Shown one piece after another: positions 12,601 through 28,794 of a stretch of 64,000 nt of DNA. Under the pieces are notes generated by a model, which worked only from the letters and a program-made list of their open reading frames with translations, did not search any database and was not told the DNA's origin. The stretch is taken from contig OZ024743.1 of NCBI GenBank assembly GCA_964016885.1, positions 55,986,001 to 56,050,000 on the forward strand. The letters are read 5' to 3'. The position numbers and the translations under genes were made by a program. The first letter of the stretch is position 1, and the number at the start of each line of letters is the position of its first letter. The DNA is from Eledone cirrhosa. Its lineage: Eukaryota.

Positions 12601-12738
12601 ATACATATATATATGCAGAGGTTATATTTAATTTGTTGGGATTCAACAAGCTTAAAAAATGTTATAACTGATATAAAGCACTCACAGCAGAGTGGCGTAA
12701 ATATTTTTCCGGTATGTCAATATTTATAAACAAATCTG

Positions 12739-12803
12739 TATTTTATCTGATGAAAGCGCACCATAATTTGCTTGGTTGCCCTTGAAATATATATAATAAA
12801 ATA
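12739..12803 (+). ncRNA. Minimal type I hammerhead ribozyme (family A, best copy)
   Basis: Perfect 8-bp stem I TATTTTAT/ATAAAATA, CTGATGA, stem II AAGCGCACCA/TGGTTGCCCTT, GAAA, palindromic stem III TATATA, AUA triplet. Confidence 0.85.
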
Positions 12804-12846
12804 ATTTTTGTTTTATAAATATAGTTTCCATTTATTAATATATTGC

Positions 12847-13467
<621 letters not shown>

Positions 13468-13551
13468 CACATACATATATACATAATATATCATATATAA
13501 CATGATATATATATCATGTTATATTATATTATATTATATATCATGTATATT

Positions 13552-13604
<53 letters not shown>

Positions 13605-13684
13605 GTGTGTGTGTCTGTGTGTGTGTGTGTACATAATATATATTATAACATATATTTATATCTTTTATATATATATATATATAT

Positions 13685-14132
13685 CTCTCCAACGTCGCCG
13701 TGAGCGCTACATTATCTGTATGATGTGGAAAATATTCCATCAGCTTAGCCCAAATGATGTTGGCATCACCTTTAGTGTACACCCAAGGCTTGCGCCCCGT
13801 GCTATCCACCCACAACAAAATCTCACTCGCATCACATAACAACAATACGGCACAAATTATTTCACCTCAATTGGCCTGCCATCTTTAACATTACACCAAA
13901 ACATATCAAAACAGAAACAGACCCCATCAAGTTCAAGAAGTCTTTGGATAAATTCGCTTCAAGAAATCCGGATAAGCTCCTACACCCGAATATGCCTCCG
14001 TAAACAATAACTCTCTGCTCGAGTGGTCATGGTCCCCAAACACTGATTTGTAAGACTTCGCCAGGTGGTGCTATTAAGTTAGATATGGCCTGGGCCAATA
14101 CTGGCCGAAACCTATCAAAGTTATCAAAGTTA
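13685..14132 (+). mobile_element. 3' end of a CR1/L2-group LINE
   Basis: SLQRRRERYIICMMWKIFH motif, later FKKSLDKF, short tandem tail TATCAAAGT x2. Confidence 0.65.
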
Positions 14133-14160
14133 TATATATATACATATATATATATATTAT

Positions 14161-14191
<31 letters not shown>

Positions 14192-14295
14192 GTATATATA
14201 GTAATAATAATAAAATTTGAAGACTAAAATCCAAAGAGGGCTCGATAAGGATGTGGCATGTAGGGGGTTGTCATGTGATTGCTGTGCCATAACAC

Positions 14296-14378
14296 AAGAA
14301 GAAGAAGAAGAAGAAGAAGAAGAAGAAGAAGAAGAAGAAGAAGAAGAAGAAGAAGAAGAAGAAGAAGAAGAAGAAGAA
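14296..14378. repeat. (GAA)n microsatellite
   Basis: Direct reading; source of the poly-E/poly-S ORF artefacts. Confidence 0.95.
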
Positions 14379-14644
14379 GGCGGCCTCTGGCTGTTCCATT
14401 CAGTGTACACCTACATATTCCATTTTACAGATACCGTAACATATGAGGTGTACTTGTAATTAAATACAGATTTTTGTCTGCAAGGGCCGAACTTTCAGAA
14501 ACGACCCCTAATTTCTGATTAAAAATGCTTCCGAAACGAGTAAACAGTTAATCAACATACTGATCAGGAATATGCGTGGTGGTGGGTGGTGGTGGTGGTG
14601 GCAGCATGGGCATTGTTTTTTCGGTTTCAAAGTAATGCTAGTGT

Positions 14645-15430
14645 TTGGCAGTATCGGTAGAAGGTCGGACGCCATGTTTCGCAGCGTAGAGTTTACGTCC
14701 CTTTACTGTCTGAGTTCAAATCCCACCTAAGTTAAATTTGCCTTTCATCCTTATGGGGCCGATAAAATAAAGCGCCAGTAATGCACTGGAGTAATTGCTG
14801 GCCTTGTGCCAAATGTAGAAACAGTTGTTATTATTATTGTTGTTGTTCAAATCCCACCGAGGTTTACTTTACCTTTCATCCTTACGGAGTCGATAATTAA
14901 TATAAAGTACCAGTAATGCACTGGGGTGGATTTAATCGACTTTCCCCTCCCCCCAAATTGCTGAACTTGTGTCTAAAGTAGAAACAATTCCATAAAATAA
15001 AGTACCAGTAATGCACTTGGGTAATTGCTGGCCTTGTGTCAAAAGTGGAAACGTTATTATTATTATTATTATTATTCAAATCCTGCTGAGGTTAACTTTG
15101 CCTTTCATACTTACGGGGTCGATAAATAAAGCACCAGTAATGTACTGGAGTTGATTTAATCGACTTTCCCCTCTCCCAAAATTGCTGGCTTTTATAAGAA
15201 ACCATTACGGTGTTATTATTGGAAATTGGCAGTATGGGTAGCGCGTCAGACACCATACTTTCAGCATACAGTTACATTCTGAGTTCAAATCCCGCCGAGG
15301 TTAACTTTGGCTTTCATCCTTAAGGGTTCGATAAAATAAAGCACTAGTAATGGCACTGGGGTCGATTTAATCGACTGTTCCCTCTCCACCAAATTTCTGG
15401 CCTTGTCCCTATAGTAGAAATCATTATTAT
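14645..15430 (+). mobile_element. Stack of four or more family 1 SINEs, some 5'-truncated at box B
   Basis: Repeated TTCAAATCCC...CCTTTCATCCTTACGGGGTCGATAAA...GGCCTTGTG with (ATT)n tails. Confidence 0.85.
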
Positions 15431-15869
15431 TGTTGTTGTTTTTGTTGTTATTTCTTTATTTAATAACATGGAGCATGTGCATTCTTTCTATGTCCCTTCT
15501 CCCCCCTACAGATTCATGCTAAGTGTAAGACCATTCACTCTTGCCAAGATCGCAGCAACTAAAACCAGTACTTCGTCTTATTGTCTCTTTCACTTGATGG
15601 CTTTTAATAACGTGTTGTTTATTTTATGTCCATAACGCCCTTCCATATTCGTTCTTCTTTTCTCCAGTCTTCAGCTATTGCGTCTATCTCATTGACGTCA
15701 ATGCTTGACAGCACTATGCCTCTCCTTTCCTTTCTTTTATTTCTTCGGCGAGCAATCTACATCTCATTTATATACACCTCACCTCTCTCGCTTCCTTTCT
15801 CTCTCACTCACCACACCCCTCTTTTCCTCTTTCTCTCCGCACACATACATATACACACATACACACGCA

Positions 15870-15989
<120 letters not shown>

Positions 15990-16070
15990 ATGTTTAATAT
16001 AGAAATGGCTTTTACAAGACTAGAACTGTTTCATTCAGAAGAAATCATCAAGAAATTATATATATGTGTG

Positions 16071-16262
16071 TATATCAATGATATTAATAAATGGAAAATA
16101 TCTTTATAAAACCATATTTATTTTATTATACGTATTTCAAGGGTACTAATATTTTGGTACGCTTTCGTAAGATAAAATTCAATAATACCCTTGAAATACG
16201 TATAATAAAATAAATATGGGTTTATAAAGATATTTTTCCATTAATTAATATTATTGATATTA
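16071..16262. mobile_element. Family A fold-back element with a degenerate hammerhead on the minus strand (16119-16179)
   Basis: Inverted arms about 75 bp; minus core CTTACGA-AAGCGTACCA...AGTACCCTT-GAAA-TACGTA-TA-ATAAAATA. Confidence 0.7.
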
Positions 16263-16377
16263 ATGATAATCCGGAAAAATCGATTGAGTGCTTCTAATCT
16301 ATGGTAAATTAACTTTCTTGAATAATCAACAAACCCAAATAACTCATTGTTTATATATATATATATAAATATATAAA

Positions 16378-16590
16378 TACAGCGAGAATCGCATTTCGGC
16401 GGGTAGAAAAAGTGAAACGTAACGCAAATTCAGAGTCATGCTGGCAAGCGCCCCAATGGCTAAAAAACCAGAGCTATAAACATAGGTTATAAACGCCATA
16501 CAAACTGAGAAGGCAGTCAAGAAGGCATTAACCTCCTAAGCCCCAAAATCAAGTCAAGCTAAACAGGTCAGACAAAATAAATGACATAAT
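16378..16590. repeat. Unclassified interspersed repeat (also 58305-58520, 58897-59003)
   Basis: Shared CAGCGAGAAT(C/T)GCATTTCGGCGGGTAGAAA...AAAAACCAGAGCTA; each copy sits next to (TA)n. Confidence 0.7.
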
Positions 16591-16615
16591 CATACATATA
16601 TATATATATACATAT

Positions 16616-16661
<46 letters not shown>

Positions 16662-16664
<3 letters not shown>

Positions 16665-16840
16665 AACGAGTAGGACCCCGACGGCTGAGCTCAAGCCGTT
16701 TTCGACGGCTAATTCTGGACTAATTTAGTCCAGAATTAGCCGTCAGGGTCATACTCGTTCCTGTTACCCACTCTACTACCCTAAGTATTGAGTACTTTGG
16801 TGCGTTATGGTCCACCTGGTTCCTTACCACATTTCCTTCG
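16662..16840. mobile_element. Family B fold-back element
   Basis: Palindrome 16662-16762 centred on CTGGACT-AATTT-AGTCCAG; the left arm carries the full GAAA-stem III-GTC motif on the minus strand. Confidence 0.7.
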
Positions 16841-16842
16841 TT

Positions 16843-16961
<119 letters not shown>

Positions 16962-17090
16962 TTCAAGAGTAACCAATATTAAATAGAGAGATGAAGATAG
17001 CAGAGGAGATATGAGAGGAGAGATTGGTGAGTTAATTAGAAGCCGAAGCGTAAAGGCATTGTGCTCAATGTGTAATATGCAGTAGAAAGC

Positions 17091-20241
<3,151 letters not shown>

Positions 20242-20728
20242 CGCACATACACAAACCGGAATTTAGGAATTAGAATTTAGAATTTAAGCAAAATAAAATA
20301 AAATAAGATAAAATAAAATAAAATAAATAATAAAAATAAAAATAAATCAAAAATAAGTTAAATCAAAAAGTGAGATTAAAATTAAAATAAAAATTAAATC
20401 AAATTAAAATTAAATTAAATTAAATTAAAATAGAATATAAAAAATAAAAAATGAAAAAAATGAAAGAGTAAAAAATAAATGAATAAATAATTAAATAGAA
20501 TGTGAATGGAAAAAAATAAAAGGAAGAAAAACAACTCAAATCTAAGGTTAGGAAGAAGTACAACATTGGTGAAAGATTGGCAGGAGCTAATGAGTACTCA
20601 TGTATGAAAATAGGAGAAGGGTTTCAGAGATAGGGACTCTGTGGTGAGTGGGGAGGCTGGCTAGCTTATGAGCACTAGGGTAGGAAAGGTAGGCAAGTTC
20701 GTTCACTTTCTCAGGGGCAAATTTGCGT

Positions 20729-20838
20729 GAAGAAGAAGAAGAAGAAGAAGAAGAAGAAGAAGAAGAAGAAGAAGAAGAAGAAGAAGAAGAAGAAGAAGAA
20801 GAAGAAGAAGAAGAAGAAGAAGAAGAAGAAGAAGAAGA
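20729..20838. repeat. (GAA)n microsatellite
   Basis: Direct reading. Confidence 0.95.
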
Positions 20839-20934
20839 ATGCACAGTCACTTACACGTTAATTTCACAGTTAGGCAGTTCCGTTGATCAGACAACATTTC
20901 TGGTCGTAACTGATAGAGGTCTGACATATGTTAT

Positions 20935-21195
20935 TATGTGGGTCGTTCTCGAGCCCGAAGGCTCACCAAGCCGGCGTGAAGCGACTGAGTGTACAAAATA
21001 CATCCTTTGGACAAGACGCTAGTCTAATACAGGGTTGAACCCGCAGCTATTGCAGGTACTCATTTTAAGCTGAGTGAATTGGAGCAACATGAAATGAAGT
21101 GTTTTTCTCAAGAACACAACACACAACCCAGTGTAGGAATCGAACCCACGATATTATGATCGTAAGTATATCACACTAACCACAAGGCTACACAT
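20935..21195 (-). mobile_element. tRNA-derived SINE family 2
   Basis: Minus strand: box B GGGTTCGATTCC, TGTTGTGTTCTTGAG...CACTTCATTTCATGTTGCTCCAATTCACTCAGCTTAAAATGAGTACC. Confidence 0.75.
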
Positions 21196-21481
21196 GGGTG
21201 TTTGTAAAAAAAAAAATTGCTGATCAAGGCATCGTCACATTTTTGTTACTGAGTTGAAACCAATTTACTCCATTTCCATTATTACCTTCAAAACACTTCC
21301 TTTAATACTAAATGTTAATAGAGAACCTTTATATCTTCTCATAAGAAAACAATGTTTATCTCTAGACTTTAAGATCCTCAAAATGTGTTATGTAACCAAA
21401 ATTAACATCTAGATTTTAGATGCATTTTGTAAGACACGGCAAATAAACGAGGACACAGACACAAATGTAAACAGAGGTACC

Positions 21482-21531
<50 letters not shown>

Positions 21532-21542
21532 CTATATATATA

Positions 21543-21577
<35 letters not shown>

Positions 21578-21582
<5 letters not shown>

Positions 21583-21828
21583 ATAAATTAACGGAGCCAC
21601 AGACTCTCGTTATTCCCTGTCATTAATGTGCTCAAAGGAGAAGGAATCCCGAGCCCATTATAATATAATATGTAAAAAAGATAACACACCAGAGAGAGAT
21701 ATAGTGCGCCATCAGTCAAACAGGGAAAAACCACTAGTTATACAATATTCCATACACTGGTGGTTTTTCCCTGTTTGACTGATGGCGCACTATATCTCTC
21801 TCTGGTGTGTTATCTTTTCTACATATTA

Positions 21829-21915
<87 letters not shown>

Positions 21916-22347
21916 AAATGCGAAGTAGTTTCAGAAGTTAAAGTTCTTTATTGATAATGCTGTGATACATATTTCAATGACAACAGTGGCCACACGATTC
22001 CGTGTACCCAGTGCCGTGACATTATCAGACAGCTTCTTATATAATAAGGTTACGTTCCCAAAGCAATCCAAACAGAAACGACAAGAGAACGGACAAGGCG
22101 TGTGTTCTTGAATCGCCTGCCCGATTATACGACTCAATACACATATGTGTATGTATTATTTTTCTCAATCTTTTTCCGTTCTTTCCTCTTCTCACTCTTT
22201 ATCTTTCTATTTTCATTTTTATTTCTCATTCTATCTTCTGGTGACGGACTAGTGTCCGAATCGTTAAGACCCTTTTTCTATTATTTCAAGTATTATACTA
22301 ATATATTTCTTCATTGCACTGTGTCGTTTGCTGTGTTATTTCTATTT

Positions 22348-22382
<35 letters not shown>

Positions 22383-22481
22383 ATAAATTAACGGAGCCAT
22401 AGATTCCATACACTGGTCGTTTTCCCCTGTTTGACTGATGGCGCACTATTTCTCTCTCTGGTGTGTTATTATCTTCTCTAC

Positions 22482-22490
<9 letters not shown>
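21578..22490. mobile_element. Composite non-coding element: direct repeats, a 170-bp palindrome and a degenerate hammerhead
   Basis: TCACGATAAATTAACGGAGCCA at 21578 and 22378; palindrome 21660-21830; HHR-like sequence at 22234-22269. Confidence 0.55.
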
Positions 22491-22552
<62 letters not shown>

Positions 22553-23229
22553 GGCGGACATCTTTCAAATTCCAATTACAAGGCATTGGGGGATATAGCA
22601 GAAGACACTTGCACAAGGTGCCACACAGTCGGACAGAATCCAAAACCAAATGTTTGCGAAGAGATCTTCTTAACCACACGGCCTTTACACTTTCTTAAAG
22701 AAAACTTTTAATGATTCGAAAAGGGTAAAATGGTAGACTATATTATACATCTGCTCTCTTCTGGAACAAAGATTCTATCACCAGATAACTCCCAGTTTAA
22801 TAAAAGGTATCTCCTCCACTAACACCAATTTCCTTCTTTTTTTATCTAAATGACGAAGCTGACCCTTTACCTGAAATCACTTACGGTGGCTGAAGTTAAT
22901 GGTTGAATCACTTCTTGTGAAGAAAAAAAATAATGTAACCATCACTGTAAGACTAAGAAAGATCCAAATATTGAACAGTTCTTGTTAAATTCTATAAAAA
23001 CTAAAAACTGTAAGAATATTAGAAAGTGTAAAAGAATAGGTTGAATAGCAGATGAATAGAGGGTTCTTTAGTTTATTTATGCGTTTTCTTTTTCCTTTTT
23101 TAGGTGGGGGCGGGAGTGTGTGTGTGTGGGGGGGGGGGGGGGGCAAAATATACTTCATGAAATGTTTTTTTAAATTTCGAGGGTATATTTTATTTGTTAC
23201 ACACACACACACATACACATATATATATG

Positions 23230-23263
<34 letters not shown>

Positions 23264-23325
23264 TATAAATATATATATATACTTCATGAAATGTTTTTTT
23301 TAATTTCGAGGGTATATTTTATTTG

Positions 23326-23377
<52 letters not shown>

Positions 23378-23382
23378 ATATA

Positions 23383-23479
<97 letters not shown>

Positions 23480-23534
23480 GTATACATATATACATATATA
23501 CACACACATATAAATATACATTTATATACATATA

Positions 23535-23644
<110 letters not shown>

Positions 23645-24530
23645 TATATATATACATATATATATGCATATATATATATACACATGTATACATATATACA
23701 TATATACAAACACACACATATACACACACGCATATATATATTTTTTTTTTTTTTGAAGAGCCGCTACTAAGATGATCTCTCTTAAAAGAGGTCAGTAAGT
23801 AGTAAAAATATTTTTTTTTTACCAATACAATTTTTATCTGTGAAGTGTATAAAAGATGTCACTGTATTGTGCCGTATATAGACGTGGGAAAATGCGACTA
23901 AATCCATAAAAATAAAATGGAAATAGCATCTATTTAAAAAAATTTCTATTACTTTATAATAGCTGCTTCCCTTTTACTTAGATTTTACGGGGTTTTTTTT
24001 GTTTGTTTGTTGTTGTTGTTTTTTTTTGGTGGGGGTGGGGGTCTTGCTTTGCTCCCTTTCTTGGAATTGTCCCTGTATATTTCTTCAAAACAACTTTTGT
24101 GTCGAAGAGACAATATATAAAGAAATAAATAAAGAAATAAATAAATTAAGAAAGAAAGAAAGAAAGAAGCGTATAAAAAACAAATATGAAATAAAAGTTT
24201 TGATGAAAAAAACGAAATTGTGACATTGACTCCTAAAAAAAGGTCACTTCCGCTCCATTAGCAGAAACTGTTTTATAGAATGTACAATACTTCATGAATA
24301 GAAGGAAACATTGATTATGTATATATGTATGTGTTCACTGGTCTGTATGGCTGTATAGGAATGCACATATATGTAGATACGTAAGTAAATTCTTCAAGTG
24401 TGCACGCACGCATACACATAAAACCACATAGCTCCAAGCGCACGCACACATAAACACACACACATATCTACAAATATATCTAAATCTGCATATGTGTTAA
24501 ACAGGCGAACCTTCCTTAGTATAAATAACC

Positions 24531-24572
<42 letters not shown>

Positions 24573-24649
24573 ATGTTCGTGTGCATGTATATATATATAT
24601 ATGGTAACCACTGTTAGTAAGGTACTCAATATATTAGTAGAGGGGAAAC

Positions 24650-24872
<223 letters not shown>

Positions 24873-24879
24873 ATATATG

Positions 24880-25284
24880 AAAATGGCGTGCTGCGTGGTT
24901 GCACATGGGTTTCATATGAATAAAATTAGTCCTTCATCAGTGATCTTCCAACCTTCATTGGTATTTCTTCGCTTTAAAGATCATATACCTCTGGTACACG
25001 TAAATTAGGGTGAAGCGAGCGATACATGTAAACAAACGGAGATGATAATGCAACGGAAAGATAGGAAGAGGAGAAACAAGTCTGAGATATCTATGAACTT
25101 AAGTTCGGTGAAATCATAGACGAGAGGCAAAAACCATCCGACCTGGGTGAGATGTGAGCGAGAAAAGGATTTCACACAGGTCAAACGGGAGGAAGTGAGA
25201 GAGGGGGAGAAGCAGAGAGTGAGTGAGTGAAAGTGTGAGGAAGAGGCCAGCCGGGAGAGAGCGACTGGCAGAGGGGGCAAAAAG

Positions 25285-25290
<6 letters not shown>
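24880..25290 (-). mobile_element. Interspersed repeat, copy 2 of 12895-13370
   Basis: Shared CTGCGTGGTTGCA(C/T)ATGGGTT...AATTAGTCC(C/T)TCATCAGTGAT and GA-rich tract. Confidence 0.55.
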
Positions 25291-25373
<83 letters not shown>

Positions 25374-25439
25374 GAGAGAGAGAGAGAACACACAAATGAG
25401 TATGTTTTGAATTTCGAGGGGTAGACATATATATATATA

Positions 25440-26041
25440 CAGTAATCCCCCGCTATATCGCGGTTCACTTTTCGCGGTCCCGTTACATCGCGGATTTTTC
25501 TTTGGGACGTATCTCATTTCCTATCGCGGTAATCCTCGCTACATCGCGGATTTTTCGTTGAACATTTCTATTTTCTTATTGCGGTACGTACGTCTGAATA
25601 AAAAGTGTTTAAATTTTAAACTTATTAAGTAAGTTTCAATGTGATTGAAGTGTATATCGTAAGGAAGGGTACTCTTAAGGGTTTAATTATTAACAAAATT
25701 TTTATTTTTCATTCCATTACTGGTTTACTGGTTGTGTTTTTCTCTAATCCTCTACAAACCCTTCATAGATTGACGGGAGATGTGCAGTGTCTTACCAAGT
25801 GGCTACTGTGGCTGGCAATGGTCCTCATTGGTAACTAGTAGTACGATCGTTGCTGGCTGTTTTTTGTTTTTAAATGCAAAAGTGTGTTTTAATGAGTTTA
25901 TATGTACTTAAAGCGTATAGGAGGGGTATTTTAAGGCTTAAACTATGAAAACAACGGTTGTCTTTATGGTCTCTCTATATCGCGGATTTTCATCGCTGTT
26001 GGTTCTAGAACGAATCCCCAACGATAAACGGGGTATTACTG
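25440..26041. mobile_element. Tc1/mariner-pogo (Tigger-like) MITE
   Basis: TIRs CAGTAATCCCCCGCTATATCG / CGATAAACGGGGTATTACTG, TA on both sides, internal ATCGCGGATTTT repeats. Confidence 0.8.
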
Positions 26042-26042
26042 T

Positions 26043-26430
26043 ATATATAGTGTGGGGTATATGTGGAAGAGTGCTCTACCAACAGTAGTAGAAGCTATGT
26101 GTATCGGAATTAAACCAGTATTAAACTAATTAGACCACTATTCAACAGAGTACTCGATACTCAGGATAGTAGAATGTCACTATATTAGAAAGAGTCGAGG
26201 CCTGATGGCTGAGCTCTTGCTGTTACAGACTGAAACTAGCTCTTAAAACGACAAGAGCTCAGCCGTCGGGCTCTGACTCTTTCTAATATAGTCACATTCT
26301 ACTATCCCAAGTATCGAGTACTCTGTTGAATAATGGTCTAACTTGTTTAATACTGGTTTAATCCCGATACACATAGCTTTTACTACTCTAGTAGAGCACT
26401 CTTCCACCTATACCGCCACACTACATATAT
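26043..26430. mobile_element. About 390-bp fold-back element, divergent family B
   Basis: Arms about 185 bp; the right arm begins AAAA-CGAC(AAGAGCTCA)GCCG-TC-GGG next to the axis. Confidence 0.75.
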
Positions 26431-26439
26431 AATTGTTTT

Positions 26440-27115
26440 CGGAGACATATCCGGGTGAGTAGCCCAGCTTAGGTTGTTATCAACAATTACTCCCATGTAT
26501 CTGATGTTGCTGGATGCCACGAGAGTTTCACCTGGAAGAAGAGAATACGATGGCTTCAGAGCATCCTCTTTTCCAACGTGGATTAGTTCAAATATATCCT
26601 CGTTCAGTAGTAGCATAATGTTTCTTTTTTTTCTGCCCATTTGACAACAGCAAGTAGATCCAATTGAAGGCATGTCCGATCTCCCACTCTATTGATGACC
26701 CTCAGGAGCTTGGAATTATCTACGATGACTCTTGTGTTACTGTGTTTCATGACGTCGATAATGTCATCAATATAAATAATTGTTTGTACTTTTGGCACAA
26801 GGCCAGCAATTATCTCAGTGCATAACTGATTCTTTATCTTATCGACCCCGTAAGGATGAAAGAGAAATTGGTCCAGCACAGTGCCTTGTGGGACGCCACT
26901 ACTGATTTTGGAAAGATAGAAAGGTGAACGTTGTTTGACTATGAAAAATAGTCTAAGTTGGATGGCATACAAACCCTGGAGAGGGAACAAATTACACAGC
27001 GCTACTGGCGGCACTGTAATTGTTTCCGTCTCCAGACTACATATCCCCAACTTATTAGACTGTTTCATAGTCAACGTTCTTGCTTCTAACTTTCAAATTC
27101 AAAAACTTCCTATCG
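26440..27115 (-). mobile_element. CR1/L2-group LINE RT fragment with an inserted SINE piece (26778-26865)
   Basis: ISSGVPQGTVL...IYIDDI...LQLDLLAVVKWA, IRYMGVIVDNNLSW. Confidence 0.8.
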
Positions 27116-27152
27116 CTTAAAGGTAGCTTGTTTACACACATACACAGGCACA

Positions 27153-27239
<87 letters not shown>

Positions 27240-27763
27240 GAAATGGTTGTGTAGTTGCTGTTTAAGGGAACTTAAAATGCAGTAGGAATACGAATAAAGT
27301 AAGAAGGGGGGGGGGGTCCTCATCAGTTGTCTACTGGGGGTCTCGGATATTTAAAGACAAGATATCGACCGCCCAGGGCGTTCAATAACTGGGTAAGTTA
27401 TTGGGAAAACGGAAGAAGGAGGGAAGGAAAGCAAAGAGTAAGAAAAGAGAGAACAATAACAAAACAGCGAAAAAAAAACAATAAACCGAGCAATATGCGA
27501 GCAATATGCGAGCAACTATAGGTAGGAAATCCAAGACCACTCGATAAGAGAACTTAAGTTCAAGACTGAATGGTCGAGAGGAAAGAGACACGTCTGATCG
27601 CCGCAGTTATAAGTGAGAAGAGAACTGCTGAACGGTCAGGCGAGGGGGTGAAAGTGAGAGGGAGAAAGGGAGAGGAAGAAAGTGGGGTAAGAGTAGATAG
27701 AGAGAAAGGGAGGGGGAAAGAGGGGTGAGAGTAGAAAGTAGCGAAATAGGTAGGTAGATGTAT

Positions 27764-27809
<46 letters not shown>

Positions 27810-27862
27810 TAGCGAGAATCGTTTTCAGCTCAGGAATTAACGAAAATCAACTATATATATAT

Positions 27863-28045
27863 ATAGGAAAAAGTATGACCCCGATGGCAGAGCTCAAGCC
27901 GTTTCGACCGCTATTTCTGGACGAAACGGCTTCAGCTCTTCCGCCGGGGTCATACTATTTCCTATTTCCCACTCTACTACCCTAAGTATTGAGTACTCTG
28001 GTGCGTTATGGTCCATCTGGTTCCTTACCATAATTCCTTTGTTAT
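27863..28045. mobile_element. Family B fold-back element
   Basis: Palindrome 27863-27965 with C-GAAA-CGGC on both strands around the axis. Confidence 0.7.
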
Positions 28046-28794
28046 ATATATATATATATATACATATATACGTTTGTGTGTGTATGTGTGTGTGTGTTTG
28101 AGTGTGTGTATTTGTGTATGTGTGTGTCTGTGTATGTGTGTGCATGTATATGTGTTTGTATATATGTGTGTATGTGCGTTTTATGTGTGTGTGTCTGTAT
28201 TCATAAATGCATTCTGCTGTGTTTATGCGTGGTTTCAGTTGAATATATACATATATACGTTTGTGTGCGGGTTTATGAGTGTGTGTGTGCCTGTGTGTAT
28301 ATATATGTGTGTGTGTGTGTGTGTGGTGGCGCACGAGTGATGCAAATAGCGACCTCATAGCTAATACAGAGACAACTACGTGTTTATATTTGGTCTGTGG
28401 AAGTATGCAGGAAAGGTGTGTGTACGTTATAAGACATCAGATAGACTTGCTCGGTAGAGCAAATGGTGAGTAACTGCAGTAGAAAATGACAAGACAAACA
28501 ATACATGCAGTATGAGTGGAGGTGTCGGCTGTGTTTGTGGCTTTAAAATGTGCCATTTTGGCTTAGGGCCTAAAGCAGATTGCATCTGTCAGATTAAGTC
28601 CATTTAATTCGATCACTGTCTAGATCGAAGCAGACAAATAATATGGCTCCTACGGCATATGTCTATTAAATAAGCAACTTGATAAGTTCCAAATTGAAAA
28701 TAGGAATAACAAAAATAATAAAAAAGACAATCAGCTTTCTCAACTTGCTTTCAATTTCTTAGTTTACCTTTTTCTTCTTCACTAACTACTTCAG

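Noticed and set aside
20723-21022. Poly-Glu proteins (also 14217-14459)
   Set aside because: Pure (GAA)n microsatellites.
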